Shown piece by piece: positions 28,586 through 44,208 of a stretch of 64,000 bases of DNA. Under the pieces are notes generated by a model. The model worked only from the letters and a program-made list of their open reading frames with translations, was not told where the DNA came from and did no database searches. The stretch comes from Eledone cirrhosa (lineage: Eukaryota). The position numbers and the translations under genes are program-made. The first letter of the stretch is position 1, and each line of letters opens with the position of its first letter. The stretch spans positions 78,616,001-78,680,000 of the forward strand of contig OZ024746.1 of the NCBI GenBank assembly GCA_964016885.1, given 5' to 3'.

Positions 28586-29601
28586 GTTTAGAGCCATAAA
28601 GATCTGCTGGAGTAGATATATGATGAAGAATGTTCCAGCCGTTGCCATGTTGCCGTTGCCATGTTGCCGCTACTGAATGGGATGGAGCTCTGTCGGTTTC
28701 GACGATGAGTGTTCTAGCTGTTCGACAAACGAAACAGTCTTCTTGTATAATTAACGTGTAAATGACTGAATCTACCACAGGGACTATTTGTTATGTCTTC
28801 ATTTCGTTTGAGTAGTGACGTGCGTTTCGCTATCGATAAGCTCAAGGTTCGATCTGTATCGATCTATCCCGATTCTGCAATAGAGACACGACGAGCTTTT
28901 GATTCCAGAGACGGGCTAGATCGATACAGATAACCCTGAGCTGATCGATAGAGAAACGTGCGTCTCTACTCAATCTTAACTATAATAAAGAAAGGAGTGC
29001 GGGACTGCATCCAGAATATATCTTTTTACCCCGTTTGTAAAATAAGTTGGATTACTTTAAATAAACAATGAATGAATATTACATAATTTATCTACTAAAT
29101 TTCGTGGCTGTTGATTAAATATATTTTATAGCTTATTTAAAGATTCACTTCTTTAAAATTGTCAAATGTCAACACTTCCAGTGAGTGGCCGTTATATTAT
29201 AACATTTAAAATCGCATATATTTCCGTCGCTAATTTTCTCCTAATGCAGCTTATATATAATATCGTCTTTTTTTAAATGTATCATGGATTACGTTACTGA
29301 TTACATAAGACAGTGTAACACAGTCTTCATTCAATTTCTGTGTATATTGTCAATTGCGATTTTATTTACATGCATATATATATATATTTGTGTATAATAT
29401 CAATATACACACTACACATGCTAGCAGAAAACCACCGAAGGGTGGTTTTTCTGCTAGTAAACATAATGAAGACATAACAAATCGTCCTTATTATTATTTT
29501 ATTATTATTACACTCTGCTTAGTACTACACTTCTATACTTACTGAAAACTACGCATCGAGTTCTCCCCCCGGAGAACCTACAGTAGCTGGACGTTACAAT
29601 C

Positions 29602-29693
<92 letters not shown>

Positions 29694-30041
29694 GCGGTCG
29701 ACGCAGATACAAGTCACTAAAATACGGGCCGCCCTCTTGTCTCTGATTTAAACACCAAAGATTTTTATCTGATATATTCCTTCGTTATATTTGGAATTAC
29801 CTGATGATGTCACCGGATTCATACTGAACCCGGTCATTGAAATAATCATAGTAAAATAAACCTTTCAAGGATTTACACCAGAACATGCCTCCTGTTATTT
29901 TGTAATAATTAACTCCGTACTCGCACCACCAACTACACTAACGAAGGCGGTGGTTGCATTACGTTGAGTGCTTTCCATAACATTACATCGTGGCTGACCA
30001 CACAGAATGACCAGTTCTATCCAGTGGTGAACCAACAAACC

Positions 30042-30084
<43 letters not shown>

Positions 30085-30373
30085 TTATAACAAAGAAAGT
30101 GTGGTAAGATACCACGTGGACCAGAACGCACCAGAGTACTCGATAATTAGGGTAGTAGAGTGGGTAATAGGAAAAGAGTCAGGACCCCGACGGCTGAGCT
30201 CCGGCCATTTTGACAGCTAGATCCGAACGGGATCCGTCGGGGTCCTGACTCTTTTCCTAGAAATGGCTTCTACAGGACTAGAACTGTTTCATTCGGGAAA
30301 AATCACCAGGAAGCCCATATAAACTCTGCTATGCATTGAGTACCTTTCTTACTGTGGTTACCTCCGGGATAAA

Positions 30374-30434
<61 letters not shown>

Positions 30435-30801
30435 AGAACAAAAGATGGTTAAAAGAGTTCCATGTATTTTATTATGCGCATTTCAAAAACAAATATCATC
30501 ATGCAATAATATTTCTGTTTTCATCAGATATCAACATATCATTTTGATATGTTGATTTAAAACTGCACTATCCACAAGTGTTTTTTAACCTTCATATCAT
30601 GTCTTCCTGTTTTATCTGATGAAAACACAAATATTATTGCATGATGATATTTGTTTTTGAAATGCGCATAATAAAATACATGGAACTCTTTTAACCATCT
30701 TTTGTTCTTATATATTATGTATACGCCAGTCCTACAAACTGTAGAGTGCTTCTTATCCGATATCTGCATTGCTTTATTGTACTACAATAAAACTCACCTC
30801 C

Positions 30802-30881
<80 letters not shown>

Positions 30882-31502
30882 ATGTTGAAAAGGTAACACA
30901 CTAGAGAGAGATACAGTGCGCCATCAATAAAACAGGGAAAAACCACCAGTGTATGGAATCTATAACCTATGAAAGGCAGAGTAGATACACGATAATTAAA
31001 AATATAAATTAAAGTGTAAATACATACCTCTATAACTATATAACACACGTACAAATCCAAAGTGATCTGTTTCGCCAGTGAGTTGTTGACGGAAATGAAA
31101 TAACCCAGGTTCATCAGCCAACACTAAGAGAATTTTTAAAGCGGCCGTCCAACTACACGTGGGAGAGAGAAGTCACAGCGTGTTTAAGGGCAGTGAACCA
31201 GTGGCCTCTGAGGTACGAGCTGCTAGAAAGGGCAGCCCAAAACCACTCAGAGAAGTGTGATCAACCAAACAGAGAAAGAGGAGAAAGACTGTTATAAGGA
31301 GCGAAATATATATATACGTATATATATATGAATCCATACGTACATATATATATGTGTGCATGTATGTATATATATATACATACTACTGTACGTCTGTATA
31401 CATATATGTATGTACGTGTACATAGTTATATTTAAGTAACAGCCGTACTAAGAGTGAGAAATGAAATTTCGTTTCATTTTTTCAGTTTATAGAAATATAT
31501 AC

Positions 31503-31725
<223 letters not shown>

Positions 31726-32019
31726 AACATCACGATGATAGAACGAGCACAAGTAAAATGAAGAAATAAACAAAATCAAACCATAGAGTACGTACGATTT
31801 AAAATAACAGTGTACCAATAGAATATTGACAAAAAACCAAAGTAGAACTGCTCTGACAAAAATCTGAAGAGATGAGAAGACGAAAAAGATCTAAGAAGCG
31901 TAGGATTCTGGAGATAGAAATTTGAAATATGACAATAATTTTAAAAAATGGTGGAATATTTAAGATATTAAATCTATAAATCTTCTAAGGCCCAATAACA
32001 CACCCTCCATGCACATACA

Positions 32020-32133
<114 letters not shown>

Positions 32134-32200
32134 AAGATAAAACAAATATAAAATAGGCACAACAATAAAAAAAAGCAAAATCTCTATATATACATATTTC

Positions 32201-32254
<54 letters not shown>

Positions 32255-32366
32255 CGTATATATATATATATATATACGAGATGTATATATACGAGATGTA
32301 TATATATATATTTATATATATATATTTATATATATATATATACATAAATATATATATATACATCGC

Positions 32367-32400
<34 letters not shown>

Positions 32401-32437
32401 GAGATGTATATGTACACATCTCCTATATATATATATT

Positions 32438-32470
<33 letters not shown>

Positions 32471-33235
32471 CGAAAACAGATATGAACATCAATATCATCA
32501 AGATATACAAAATAATCTATGCAATCGCAGTAGTCACACAGGTTAAGTGAATTTCCCACCCGCAAAACCTATCATATATGTTGGACTTCCGTCTTTGTCG
32601 ACGGTGATTGTTCTAGCTGCTTGATCAATGGAACGACTCAGAGTGACAGTATGACGAAACAAATCCTTTATATTACAGGTACTATTCATCATTTTTATTC
32701 TAACTGAATTGACTGGAACAGCATTAAGTAAAATGTATTGCTTAGGAACAAAACACGCCGCAAGGAATTGAACCTTAAATCTTACAACCGTGAGCTGGAC
32801 ATCATAACGTCTAGGTCACATACAGTAACTGGCAGATACCCAACAACAACAACATCAACAATAAGCAGTGGATGCATCACCACGGACGAGAAGGTCTAAA
32901 AGAGCAGACCTATCGTGACAAGAGATATAAAAAGAGAATCCTTAACTCTCATCGTCTCCAATCATATCCTCAAGTTTGAATGTGTCTTTGCACATATAAA
33001 TTCGCATATCTGATGAGATGTCGAGGAAGAGTCTAGCTCCGGTCATTATGGTTGTACCCTAATCTGATCGATATTGAAACTATTGTAATATGCAATTAGC
33101 GTTTATATATATATGCTGCAACAGTGACTTCGACCCTACTTACTTTTACTTACACTCTGCATATTACAGCCTCCTTAACTCTGTAATAAAACCGAACACG
33201 AGAATCAAGTGCTTAGCTAACACACCTACATTCCT

Positions 33236-33330
<95 letters not shown>

Positions 33331-34541
33331 ACAAACTTGCATAAGAAAATTGTACTTTCTTGTATTGTTTTATGTATTTTTGTTTATCATACACATGTGA
33401 AGTTTTGGTGCAAAAGTTCAATCGATCCTCTGGGTAGTTCAATCGACATCTGAGGATCGATATCGACCACTTGAACACCCCTGAGCTAGATATATGAAAT
33501 GTTAAGTTCCACATTAACGAACCATTTAATATTCTCTTTATCTCCAACTTTATATACGATGTTCACAGCTTCGGTTTTTATTGAAAAGTTCCGCCAGGGG
33601 AATGGAGCGCTGTCGGTCTCAACGATGAGTTGTCCATTTGTTCAATGAACGGAACATCCTGCTTACAAATTTACCATGTAAGTGGCTGAGCACACCACAG
33701 ACATATATATACCCTGAACGTAATTCTCAGGGGGTTCTGCGAGAAACAGTGTATGATAAGGCTTGATAAGGCTGGACATTTGAATTACAGGCGTAGTTAA
33801 TTTGACGGGCTTCCAAACTTTCCATTAACTCAATTTTCATTAGAACATCGGATAGAACATCGTTAGAACATCGGATAGAATGCTTTATGGTATTCATTCT
33901 GGCTCTTTGCTTTTGGAGTTCAAATCCCGTCGAGGTCAACTTTACCTTTCATCCTAGTACTGGTGTCGATTCTTCCTCTATATCTCTTTCTCTTTTCCTC
34001 TCTCCCACTTTCTATCTTTCTCTGGAAGAAATCTGCTATACTCAGGCCTGGAGAGAGGATGGGCTTCACTAGGCTTAAAATGCCCAAGATACGGCGCCCC
34101 TACGTCTCTATCAAGAGTTACGGGACCATACATCCATTTCCATTTATACAAGGCACGAGTTAACCCCAGGCTATGGTAAATAGCATTTACCCAAAATGCC
34201 AGGCGTTGGTATCGAACCCGAGACCTAATGGAAGCGAAGCAAATTTCTTAACCACTCAGCTATCATGTGTCCAGTTTCCATCAGTGTTCCTTAAACAGTA
34301 TCCTTAATGTATGTATGTAAGTATGTATGTATGTATGTGTGTATGTATGTATGTGTGTATGTATGTAAGTATGTATGTAAGTATGTATGTATGTGTGTAT
34401 GTATGTATGTATGTATGTATGTAAGTATGTATGTAAGTATGTATGTATGTGTGTATGTATGTATGTGTGTATGTATGTAAGTATGTATGTAAGTATGTAT
34501 GTATGTGTGTATGTATGTATGTATGTATGTATGTATGTATG

Positions 34542-34572
<31 letters not shown>

Positions 34573-34639
34573 GTATGTGTGTATGTATGTATGTGTGTAT
34601 GTATGTATGTATGTATGTATGTATGTATGTATGTATGTA

Positions 34640-34944
34640 TGTTCTTCTGGTTTCATAATTTCACAAAGTTTTACCAATAGAGAGATAGTCGCTTTCTAAC
34701 ATAGACACAAGACTCTCTCATTGGAATTTACACAAAATCAACTCGGTAGATATGTATGTATGCATGTGTAGATATGGATGTGATTGTATGTGTCGATGCG
34801 TATGTTTTGAGTTGTATGTGTGCATGTGTATATGCCTTGCATCTGTACATGTGTATATGCTGTTATTAGATGCAAAATTTTTGGAATGTTTTACATATTT
34901 TTACTGTTCCATTAATGGATTGTACTTGTAATTTCCTAACTAGT
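34640..34944 (-). mobile_element. R4/Dong-like 3' end, subfamily B
   Basis: LVRKLQVQSINGTVKICKTFQKFCI* plus the same 3' UTR as 21355-21585, flanked by (TATG)n. Confidence 0.75.
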
Positions 34945-35119
34945 ATGTATGTATGTATGTATGTATGTATGTATGTATGTATGTATGTATGTATGTATGT
35001 ATGTATGTATGTATGTATGTGTGTGTGTGTGTGTGTGTGTATGCATGTATGTATGTGTGTATGTGTGTGTATGCATGTATGCATGTATGTATGTATGTAT
35101 GTATGTATGTATGTATTTA

Positions 35120-35472
35120 TGGCAACCCCACCAAGGTTTCTTGGTGAAGAGGGTGACTTTGGACATCCTGCAGGACTAAAAACAAAATCTGTCAAAGGGA
35201 AAATGAGCTCTTAAGAGTCAATGGCCATCCAAAATCACCGGGAGAGATGACCTCTTAGCCTTTGTCAAGGCAGAATTCTAGGAGAAGGAAAACTCTGATA
35301 TAACACCTGCAACCCTGATGGTATCCAATGACTTGTTCTTCTTTTTGGTAAATATCATCTTGGTTAAGAGAGTGGGACTGGCTTTGTGCAGCGCCTTTGC
35401 TCACTATAAAAGCTTCACGGCACAGGCATTGCTTTATATCTGGAGATCTCTCTATATATGGAGATCTCTCTG
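35120..35472 (+). mobile_element. Same repeat, internal fragment
   Basis: Matches 24088-24435. Confidence 0.75.
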
Positions 35473-36765
35473 TATATACATACATACAAACATACATATA
35501 TACATACATGGTTCCATACATACATACATATATACATGGTTCCATATACACATGCATATATTCAGACATCGTTCTATATATACATACACGGTTCCATATA
35601 TACATACATCGTTCTATATCTAGATACATAGTTACATATATACATACATCGTTCCATATATACATGCATAGTTCCATACATACATAGTTCCATATATACA
35701 TGCATATATACATATATCGTTCCATATATACATACATCGTTCCATGTATACATACATAGTTCCATATATACATACATAGTTCCATATATACATACATATA
35801 TACATACATAGTTCCATATATACATACATGGTTCCATATATACATACATAGTTCCATACATACATACATATATACATACATCGTTCCATATATACATACA
35901 TAGTTCCATATATACATACATATATACATACATAGTTCCATATATACATACATGGTTCCATATATACATACATAGTTCCATACATACATACATATATACA
36001 TACATCGTTCCATATATACATACATAGTTCCATATATACATACATGGTTCCATATATACATGCATCGCTCCATATATACATACATATATACATACATGGT
36101 TCCATATATACATACATCGTTCCATGTATACATACATAGTTCGATACATACATATATACATACATCGTTCCATATATACATACATGGTTCCATCTATATA
36201 TGCATATATACATACATCGTTCCATATATACATACATCGTTCCATGTATACATACATAGTTCCATACATATATACATACATAGTTCCATATATACATACA
36301 TAGTTCCATGTATACATACATAGTTCCATACATACATACATGCATATATACATACATAGTTCCATATATACATACATGGTTCCATATATACATACATAGT
36401 TCCATACATACATACATATATACATACATCGTTCCATATATACATACATAGTTCCATATATACATACATGGTTCCATATATACATGCATCGCTCCATATA
36501 TACATACATATATACATACATAGTTCCATATACACATACATCGTTCCATGTATACATACATAGTTCGATACATACATATATACATACATCGTTCCATATA
36601 TACATACATGGTTCCATATATACATGCATATACATACATGGTTCCATATATACATACATGGTTCCATATATACATACATGGTTCCATATATACATACATG
36701 GTTCCATATATACATACATAGTTCCATATATACATGCATATATACATACATCATTCCATATATAC
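35473..36765. repeat. ~20-bp minisatellite (tatacatacat(a/c/g)gttccata) with higher-order periodicity
   Basis: Direct inspection; source of the MYIWN/GTMYV ORFs. Confidence 0.9.
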
Positions 36766-37104
36766 ACACTTACAGACGTCAACGGCATGAATAGATATAT
36801 TTAAAGAGTTGATTAAACCGTCTGTGTACGTGTCAACACAGGTTTGGTCTCGTGCTGCAAGAACTAAGTCATATGGCTTGCTTGTTTTATTCATTCATAT
36901 AGCGATAATTGCTATTGGTCCTAAATTATTTATCAATCTTTTAAACCTACTTCCACTTACTTACATACTTACATACTTATTTACTTACTATGGTCGTTGA
37001 TAGCACTAAACAGTTGCCAACCTACGAGATGGACCTAGTATTGCAATTAAAAAAAACTCAAGAGGGATGAAGTCTTATTTATCGCAGATAGATGGAAGGC
37101 AATC

Positions 37105-37383
37105 TCGCTGGCTGGCTGTCTTTCTGGCTAGCTGGCTGGCTTGACTTTAGGCTGGCTGGTGTTTTGGCTGGCTGGCTGGGTCTTTGGCTGGCTGGTGTTC
37201 TGGCTGGCTAGCTGGCGTTTGACCAGCTGGCTGGCTGGCTGGTTGGTACTCTGGCTGGCTGGCGTTCTGGTTAGCTGGCTGGCGTTTTGGCTGGCTGGTG
37301 TTCTGGCTGGCGTTCTGGTTAGCTGGCTGGCGTTCTGGCTGGCTGGTGTTCTGGCTGGCTGGAAGGTTGGCTGACTGGCTGGC
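37105..37383. repeat. (CTGG)n-derived repeat
   Basis: Direct inspection. Confidence 0.88.
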
Positions 37384-37978
37384 ACGATAGAGGACCTGCT
37401 GTATACATAGATAGATGGAATTGATTTATATATATATATATATATATATATACCTATATATATATATATATATATACTTCGTTTTGGAATTTGTTTTGCA
37501 TGACCCTCCCAAAGATTAACAATATTATATATATATATATAAGGAGGGCTCGATAAGGAAAAATATATATCAGATATATAAGAACCGTAGAGCAAATATT
37601 TATTAAAATAACAGATTAAAGTTTAAGCAAAGAATCGCTGCTTTCACCCTTAACGGGATCTTCTGAAACTAAAACAGTCAATCTGTGACCGCAGAAGTAA
37701 ATATTTCAAAAAAAAGTTGCAACCGAAGGAAGACAAGAAGACGATGTTTCAGAAGATCCCGGTAAGGGTGAAAGCAGCGATTCTTTGCTTAATCTTTAAT
37801 CTGTTTTTTAATAAATTAATATATATATATAACAAAGGAGGTGTGGTGAGGAACCAGATGGACCATAACGTACCAGAGTACTCAATACTTAGGATAGTAG
37901 AGTGGGTAATAGTCTGACTAACAGTCCAGAAATAGCCGTCGAAACGGCTTGAGCTCTGCCGTCGGGGTTAAATATTTT

Positions 37979-38009
<31 letters not shown>

Positions 38010-38013
<4 letters not shown>

Positions 38014-38280
38014 GGCGTAGACATACAATACAACAGGAGGAAACATAATAGTACCACTGATGATGTTACAGATGTGCAACGAAAGAACTTTGTTAGACTA
38101 TATATATATATGCATTTATATCTGTATTTTTGACCGTTGGTCAGTCAATGATAAACATTGATTACCAAATGAATTAACTGTGGAGATATAAAAGATACAG
38201 AAGCTAAAACCAACCAAACAGTGAGTGTGTTCTGTTATTATGTCTGGCAATAGTATTACAAGATGACCCTCCCCAAGTAT

Positions 38281-38288
<8 letters not shown>
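38010..38288 (+). mobile_element. Solo pLTR (3' end) of the same PLE family
   Basis: Matches 54466-54752 (atggcgtag...gaccctccccaagtataacaatat), flanked by (TA)n. Confidence 0.85.
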
Positions 38289-38376
<88 letters not shown>

Positions 38377-38492
38377 ATATATACATACATATATATACAT
38401 ATATATAAACACAGCGAAATAGATAGATAGAGTGATTGATGAACAAATAAACAGGCAGATAAATAAATAGATAAATAGATGGACAAAAAAAA

Positions 38493-38526
<34 letters not shown>

Positions 38527-38791
38527 GTGTGTGGGTATGCGTGTACATAGGAAGAGATAGATAGAGATATATAGGTAGAGAGACATATATATGTGTGGAC
38601 AAATCAATAGATATTTGGATAGATTGATTAATTATGGTTTGAATAGATAATATAGTGAATTTCCTGGTACATAAGGCACAATTTATACGTGTTTCATATG
38701 TGGAAACTTGTCAGACTTCTCTGACGCGTGACTCTTTGACATTAAATTGTTCAGCACACAGACACATATACACAAACAAGCGGCATACATA

Positions 38792-38949
<158 letters not shown>

Positions 38950-39072
38950 ACACATATACACAAACAAGCGTCATACAATCAATATACATGCACACATATT
39001 AATATATATATGTATACACATACACAAACAAGCGTCATATATACACTATATATATATACATGCACACACATT

Positions 39073-39113
<41 letters not shown>

Positions 39114-39249
39114 CCAAACAAGTGTCATACATACACTATATATATACATGCACACACATTTATTTATATATATATGTATACACACACAGATATATACATA
39201 TATATATGTGTGTGTATATATATACACACACATATATATATATATATAT

Positions 39250-39331
<82 letters not shown>

Positions 39332-39468
39332 GTTTTTATGTGAAAAGTAAACGGTAAAAATCACAATAGATGATCAAGTACAATGAAAATATATGATATA
39401 TTAATTTAGCGCTTATTACAATAGTAGGACAAGTCTTACAGAGAGATAGATAGATAGATAGAGAGAGA

Positions 39469-39512
<44 letters not shown>

Positions 39513-39893
39513 GAGAGAGGGGTAGTGGAGAGGGGTGAGAAAGTGAAGAAAGAGAATGAAACTTGGTCGACGGAAATTGTTTTAAAGCCCGTTGGATGGA
39601 CTGTACTTGTAATGCAAAGAATCAGCCTTCTTACACTCTGTGTTACGCTGAATCTCCCTGAAAATGACGTTAAGGCTGTCCCGTTGATTAAACAAATAGA
39701 ATACTCAACGTGGAAACCGACAGAACTCCATTCCTTAATTAAGTGGTGGTCTTAATCCGTTGCAGTTGTATCTACTTATAACTCTAAATGTATTAGGTTG
39801 TTAGGTGTTTGGATGAACAGAGCTCATTGCTTGTCGCTGCATTATAATCAATAACTCGTTGATAGATTCCTATTGATCACCTGTATTTGAATG

Positions 39894-40028
<135 letters not shown>

Positions 40029-40154
40029 GTATATATATTTATTTATTTATATAATATACAAAATCATCTCTCAATATCATGAAAAGCCATTGACATTTTC
40101 TAAAAATAGTTGAGTAGTATCTAATAAAAACAAAACACATTATTAAAGGAAGGA

Positions 40155-40348
40155 GGGCGGTGGATTGGCAGTATCGGTAGAGGGTCGCACGCCATGCTCT
40201 GCGGCACAGAGTTACGTCCCTTTGTGGTCTGAGTTTAAATCCTGCCGAGGTTAACTTTGCCTTTCATCCTTACGAGGTCGATAAAATAAAGTACCAATAA
40301 TTCACTGGGATAATTGCTGGCCTTGTGCCAAAAGTAGAATCAATTATT
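40155..40348 (+). mobile_element. Full-length SINE copy
   Basis: Same consensus. Further copies at ~16280-16445, ~33860-33970 and 41755-41957. Confidence 0.82.
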
Positions 40349-40952
40349 TGGGGATTCCCGGATAAGGTGATGGTGTCGTATTTTTTAACAAAGTACTTAA
40401 TTCACGATACTCCTGTCGCGCAGCTGAAAAGAAAAGTGTTTTAATGACACTAGCACTAAGCTGTATCAACCTTTGCCCTTCCATTGGACAACATCGGCGG
40501 CGAGGACTGATGCATGGGTAACATCTGGTCTTCTACAAGCACCTTGCCCAGGGTTACACCTAGGAGAGGAACTTTCCATGTGGGGAGATTTTACATAATG
40601 AAAGCTATACCCATTTTCACAAAAGAAGACATCTCTCACCTACTCCAAGATGGGTGGGAGATCTTCCCGTCGGACGGGGAGGTTTGACAGGTCTGTATAT
40701 ATACAGCCTAAAATAGGTTGTAGTGTCTAGCACCCTTTCGTTTATTTTCGCTATGTAATTTGTTCCTCTTTTTGTTTTTTATTACAATCATCATATAATA
40801 TAATTTATTGAATAAAACTTGATATAAATCATGTCGTAATTATTGTTGTTATGGTGGTTGTAGTTATTTTAACCTCAAGTCAGCCAGGCTTTAATAGTCT
40901 TTAGCTCAATCGTATCCCAGCCATGACTATCTCGAGCGTTGTGTATCTAAAG

Positions 40953-41243
40953 CAGTCATGGGCAACCTGCAGCTCGCGAGGCTTTCTGAATGACTCGCCT
41001 AAGTCACCTAAGTAAAATCTTTCTGACGTTTTTACTCCAACTTTTCAGTCGTAATTTATCTTTCTATCGTTTTTACGACCGAAGAAAACAACGTGTACGA
41101 ATTTTGAAGAAACAAATCAAAACAACCTGAGTTACCGTCCTTTTTTTAATTGTGGGAACGAATGTAAATTAGTGCTTGTGGCCCGCCTGATGATGAGCCA
41201 TATCTGATGCGGCCAGGTTCTCGAAAAAGGTTGCCCATGTCTG
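40953..41243. mobile_element. hAT (Charlie-like) MITE, second copy
   Basis: TIR cagtcatgggcaacct...aggttgcccatgtctg; 8-bp TSD ATCTAAAG; internally similar to 6128-6419. Confidence 0.9.
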
Positions 41244-41988
41244 ATCTAAAGTCTTCTCATCTTTCAAGACATTTTAGTGTATTTTGGGAGAGTTCTTGTT
41301 GTTTCTAGCAAGTCGAGTAAACGCATTGCAGCTTTCTTGTATCTCTGGTGTTGTTATTACTCTTTTTGATTTTGCCACAGGTCACTTCTGAGCTGAGCAA
41401 CCAGAACCATAACTAAAGGAGTTCCAGTCGTGACCGCCCCTTAATATTTAGACACAATGTGTTTTGGATTACATAATCCGATGTATCTTCTCTTTATTAA
41501 GATTGTAGTATGTGATTCGAAAACTTCGAAAACTTCGCTGCTATTTCCAGCAACACGAGTGATCTCGTAGAAACATCTTCATTGGTTTATATTGTTGCTG
41601 TTATCTAAATACAGGTAAACTACGACCGAACACACCTCTGATTAAAGGTGTTCAAATCATGACTATCAACTTTAACAATGATTTGAAGAGAGATTTGATT
41701 GAAATTTCTTGCAGGTTGATCGACCACCTATATGTTCTCTCAGTGTCTCATTATAGGGTGATGGATTGGCGTCGGACGCCATGCTTTTCAGCATAGAGTT
41801 ATGGCCCTTTACAGTCCGAGTTCAAATCCCGCCGAGGTTAACTTTGCCTTTCATCCTTACGAGGTCGATAAAATAAAGCACCAGTACTGGGTGTCGATTT
41901 AATCGACTTTCCCCTCCGCCCAAATTATTGGCCTTGTGCCTATACTAAAAATCATTATGTTGGTGGAGATAGCGTTAGTAGTAGTAGC

Positions 41989-42051
<63 letters not shown>

Positions 42052-42285
42052 GGTGGTGGTGGCGTTAGTAGTAGTAGTAGTAGTAGTCGTTGTGGCGGTG
42101 GTTTTCTCACGTTGATTCTGGCGGTAAATATTAGTCGAAAATTTAGCTTCAAACATCTAAAACTCTAAACAGAAATTTTGGAAATACAGCAAATCCGATA
42201 ATGGAGAATGGTTTCCAAAAGCAAAACTAAAGCCAACGTCAAGATTTTCTCTGTCCCTCTTCTCTCTCTCTTCCTCTCCTTCTCT

Positions 42286-42351
<66 letters not shown>

Positions 42352-42524
42352 GTGTATACTCACACACACATATATATATATATAAATATAAATATATTAA
42401 CACATATACACATACGTGTGTGTGTGTGTTTATGTAAGTATATATATATATGTGTTTGTGCGTGTGTATGTGTGCGTGTATGTGTGCGTGTCTCCAGTGT
42501 TAAAACTGGTAAAAATACCATCGT

Positions 42525-42730
42525 CACTTACATCACCACCACTTACATCACTACCCCCACCACCACCACCACCACCACCACTTACATCACCACCACCACC
42601 ACTTACATCACTACCCCCACCCCCACCACCACTTACATCACCACCACCACCACCACTTACTTCACCACCACCACCACTTACTTCACCACCACCACCACTT
42701 ACATCACCACCACCACCACTTACATCACTA
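42525..42730. repeat. (cac)n-ttacat minisatellite
   Basis: Direct inspection. Confidence 0.85.
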
Positions 42731-42857
42731 ACACCTCTATCTTGTCTTCGTCTTCAGAAGAGACAACATGGTTTGGTGCACGCCAAGCTTTTTAGAGTCA
42801 TTTAAAAGATTCAATTCAAAGTCCATTCTATACATTGATGTAATATGCTGTTGTTGT

Positions 42858-42914
<57 letters not shown>

Positions 42915-42921
42915 AGTTGCT

Positions 42922-43556
42922 AATAATTGTTTCTACCTTTGGCACAAAGCCAGCAAATACCCCAAGTGCATTACTGGTGCTTTATTTTATCGATCCCGTA
43001 AGGATGAAAGGCAAAGTTAACCACGGCAGCATTATGGCCCTTTACTCAGAACGTAAAGGGCCATAACTCTATGCTGCAAAGCATGGTGTCTGACACTCCA
43101 CCGATACTGCCAATCCACCACAACAATAATAATGATTTGTTATATAGGCACAAGGCCAGTAATTTCGCGGGAGGGGAAAGTCGATTAAATCAACCTCCAG
43201 TACGTTACTGGTACTCTATTTTATCGAGCATGTAAGGATGAAAGGCAAAGTTAACTTCGGCGGGATTTGAACTCAGTTCATAAAGGGCCGTAACTCTATG
43301 CTACAAACCATGGTGTCCGATGCTCTACCAATACTGCCAATCCACCACCCTACCACTGCAACAATAATAATTGTTTCTACTTTTGGCACAAGGCCAGCAA
43401 TTATCTCAGTGCATTACCGGTACTTTATTTTATCGACCCCGTAAGGATGAAAGGCAAAGTTAACTACGGCGGGATTCGAACTCAGTTCATAAAGGGCCGT
43501 AACTCTATGCTGCAAAGCATGGCGTCCGACCCTCTACCGATACTGCCAATCCACTG
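42922..43556 (-). mobile_element. Three tandem SINE copies
   Basis: Each ends gatactgccaatcca (reverse complement of the head). Confidence 0.82.
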
Positions 43557-44027
43557 CAACAACAATAATAATAATAACTATAAAGACGGTTGAATTTTTG
43601 GCGTGGTGGCGTGGCGTGGTGGAACGTAAGAATTAGGGTATGTGGGCGGCAAAAAGCGACGTAGGTAAGGAGCTGGATTGTGAAAGAAGCCAAGACGTTC
43701 ATTCACTCTTCGCCAAGTCACTTTCTCTTTATTTTGCTTCTCCCTCCATTTACTCCTCCCACCTACACCACCGCTTCTTTTTCTCCTTCACATGCTCTCA
43801 TTCCTTCTTTTCTTCCTTCCTTCCTTTTGCTCAAATCTTCCAAAGAGTTTGTTTATCTGATAAGGCGATTACAAGGAATAAAAGCGGTGGCCATTGCTGG
43901 AGATAATCCGAAGCCACCGTCACAAATGAATTGTGTTTTATTAACAGAAATTATATTACTTATCGAAAGTGATTCTTGAGCTCCGTTTGCTCGGTAGATT
44001 ATTGATAATGTGTACCAAAGCGCGCAC

Positions 44028-44060
<33 letters not shown>

Positions 44061-44174
44061 TGTATGTATGTATGTATGTATGTATGTATGTATGTATGTA
44101 TGTATGTACGTATGTATGTACGTATGTACGTATGTATGTATGTATGTATGTATGTATGTATGTATGTATGAATG

Positions 44175-44208
<34 letters not shown>

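Noticed and set aside
29800-29855. CTGATGA...GAAA at 29801; also CTGATGA at 6363, 41188, 33011 and 5866 (-)
   Set aside because: Stems I and III cannot be closed convincingly, or GAAA is missing. At most these are decayed motifs.
35255-36788. Repeat-protein-like ORFs (reflectin-like M/Y/W/N composition)
   Set aside because: Open in all three minus-strand frames because of a 20-bp TACA-derived minisatellite; no reflectin motif.
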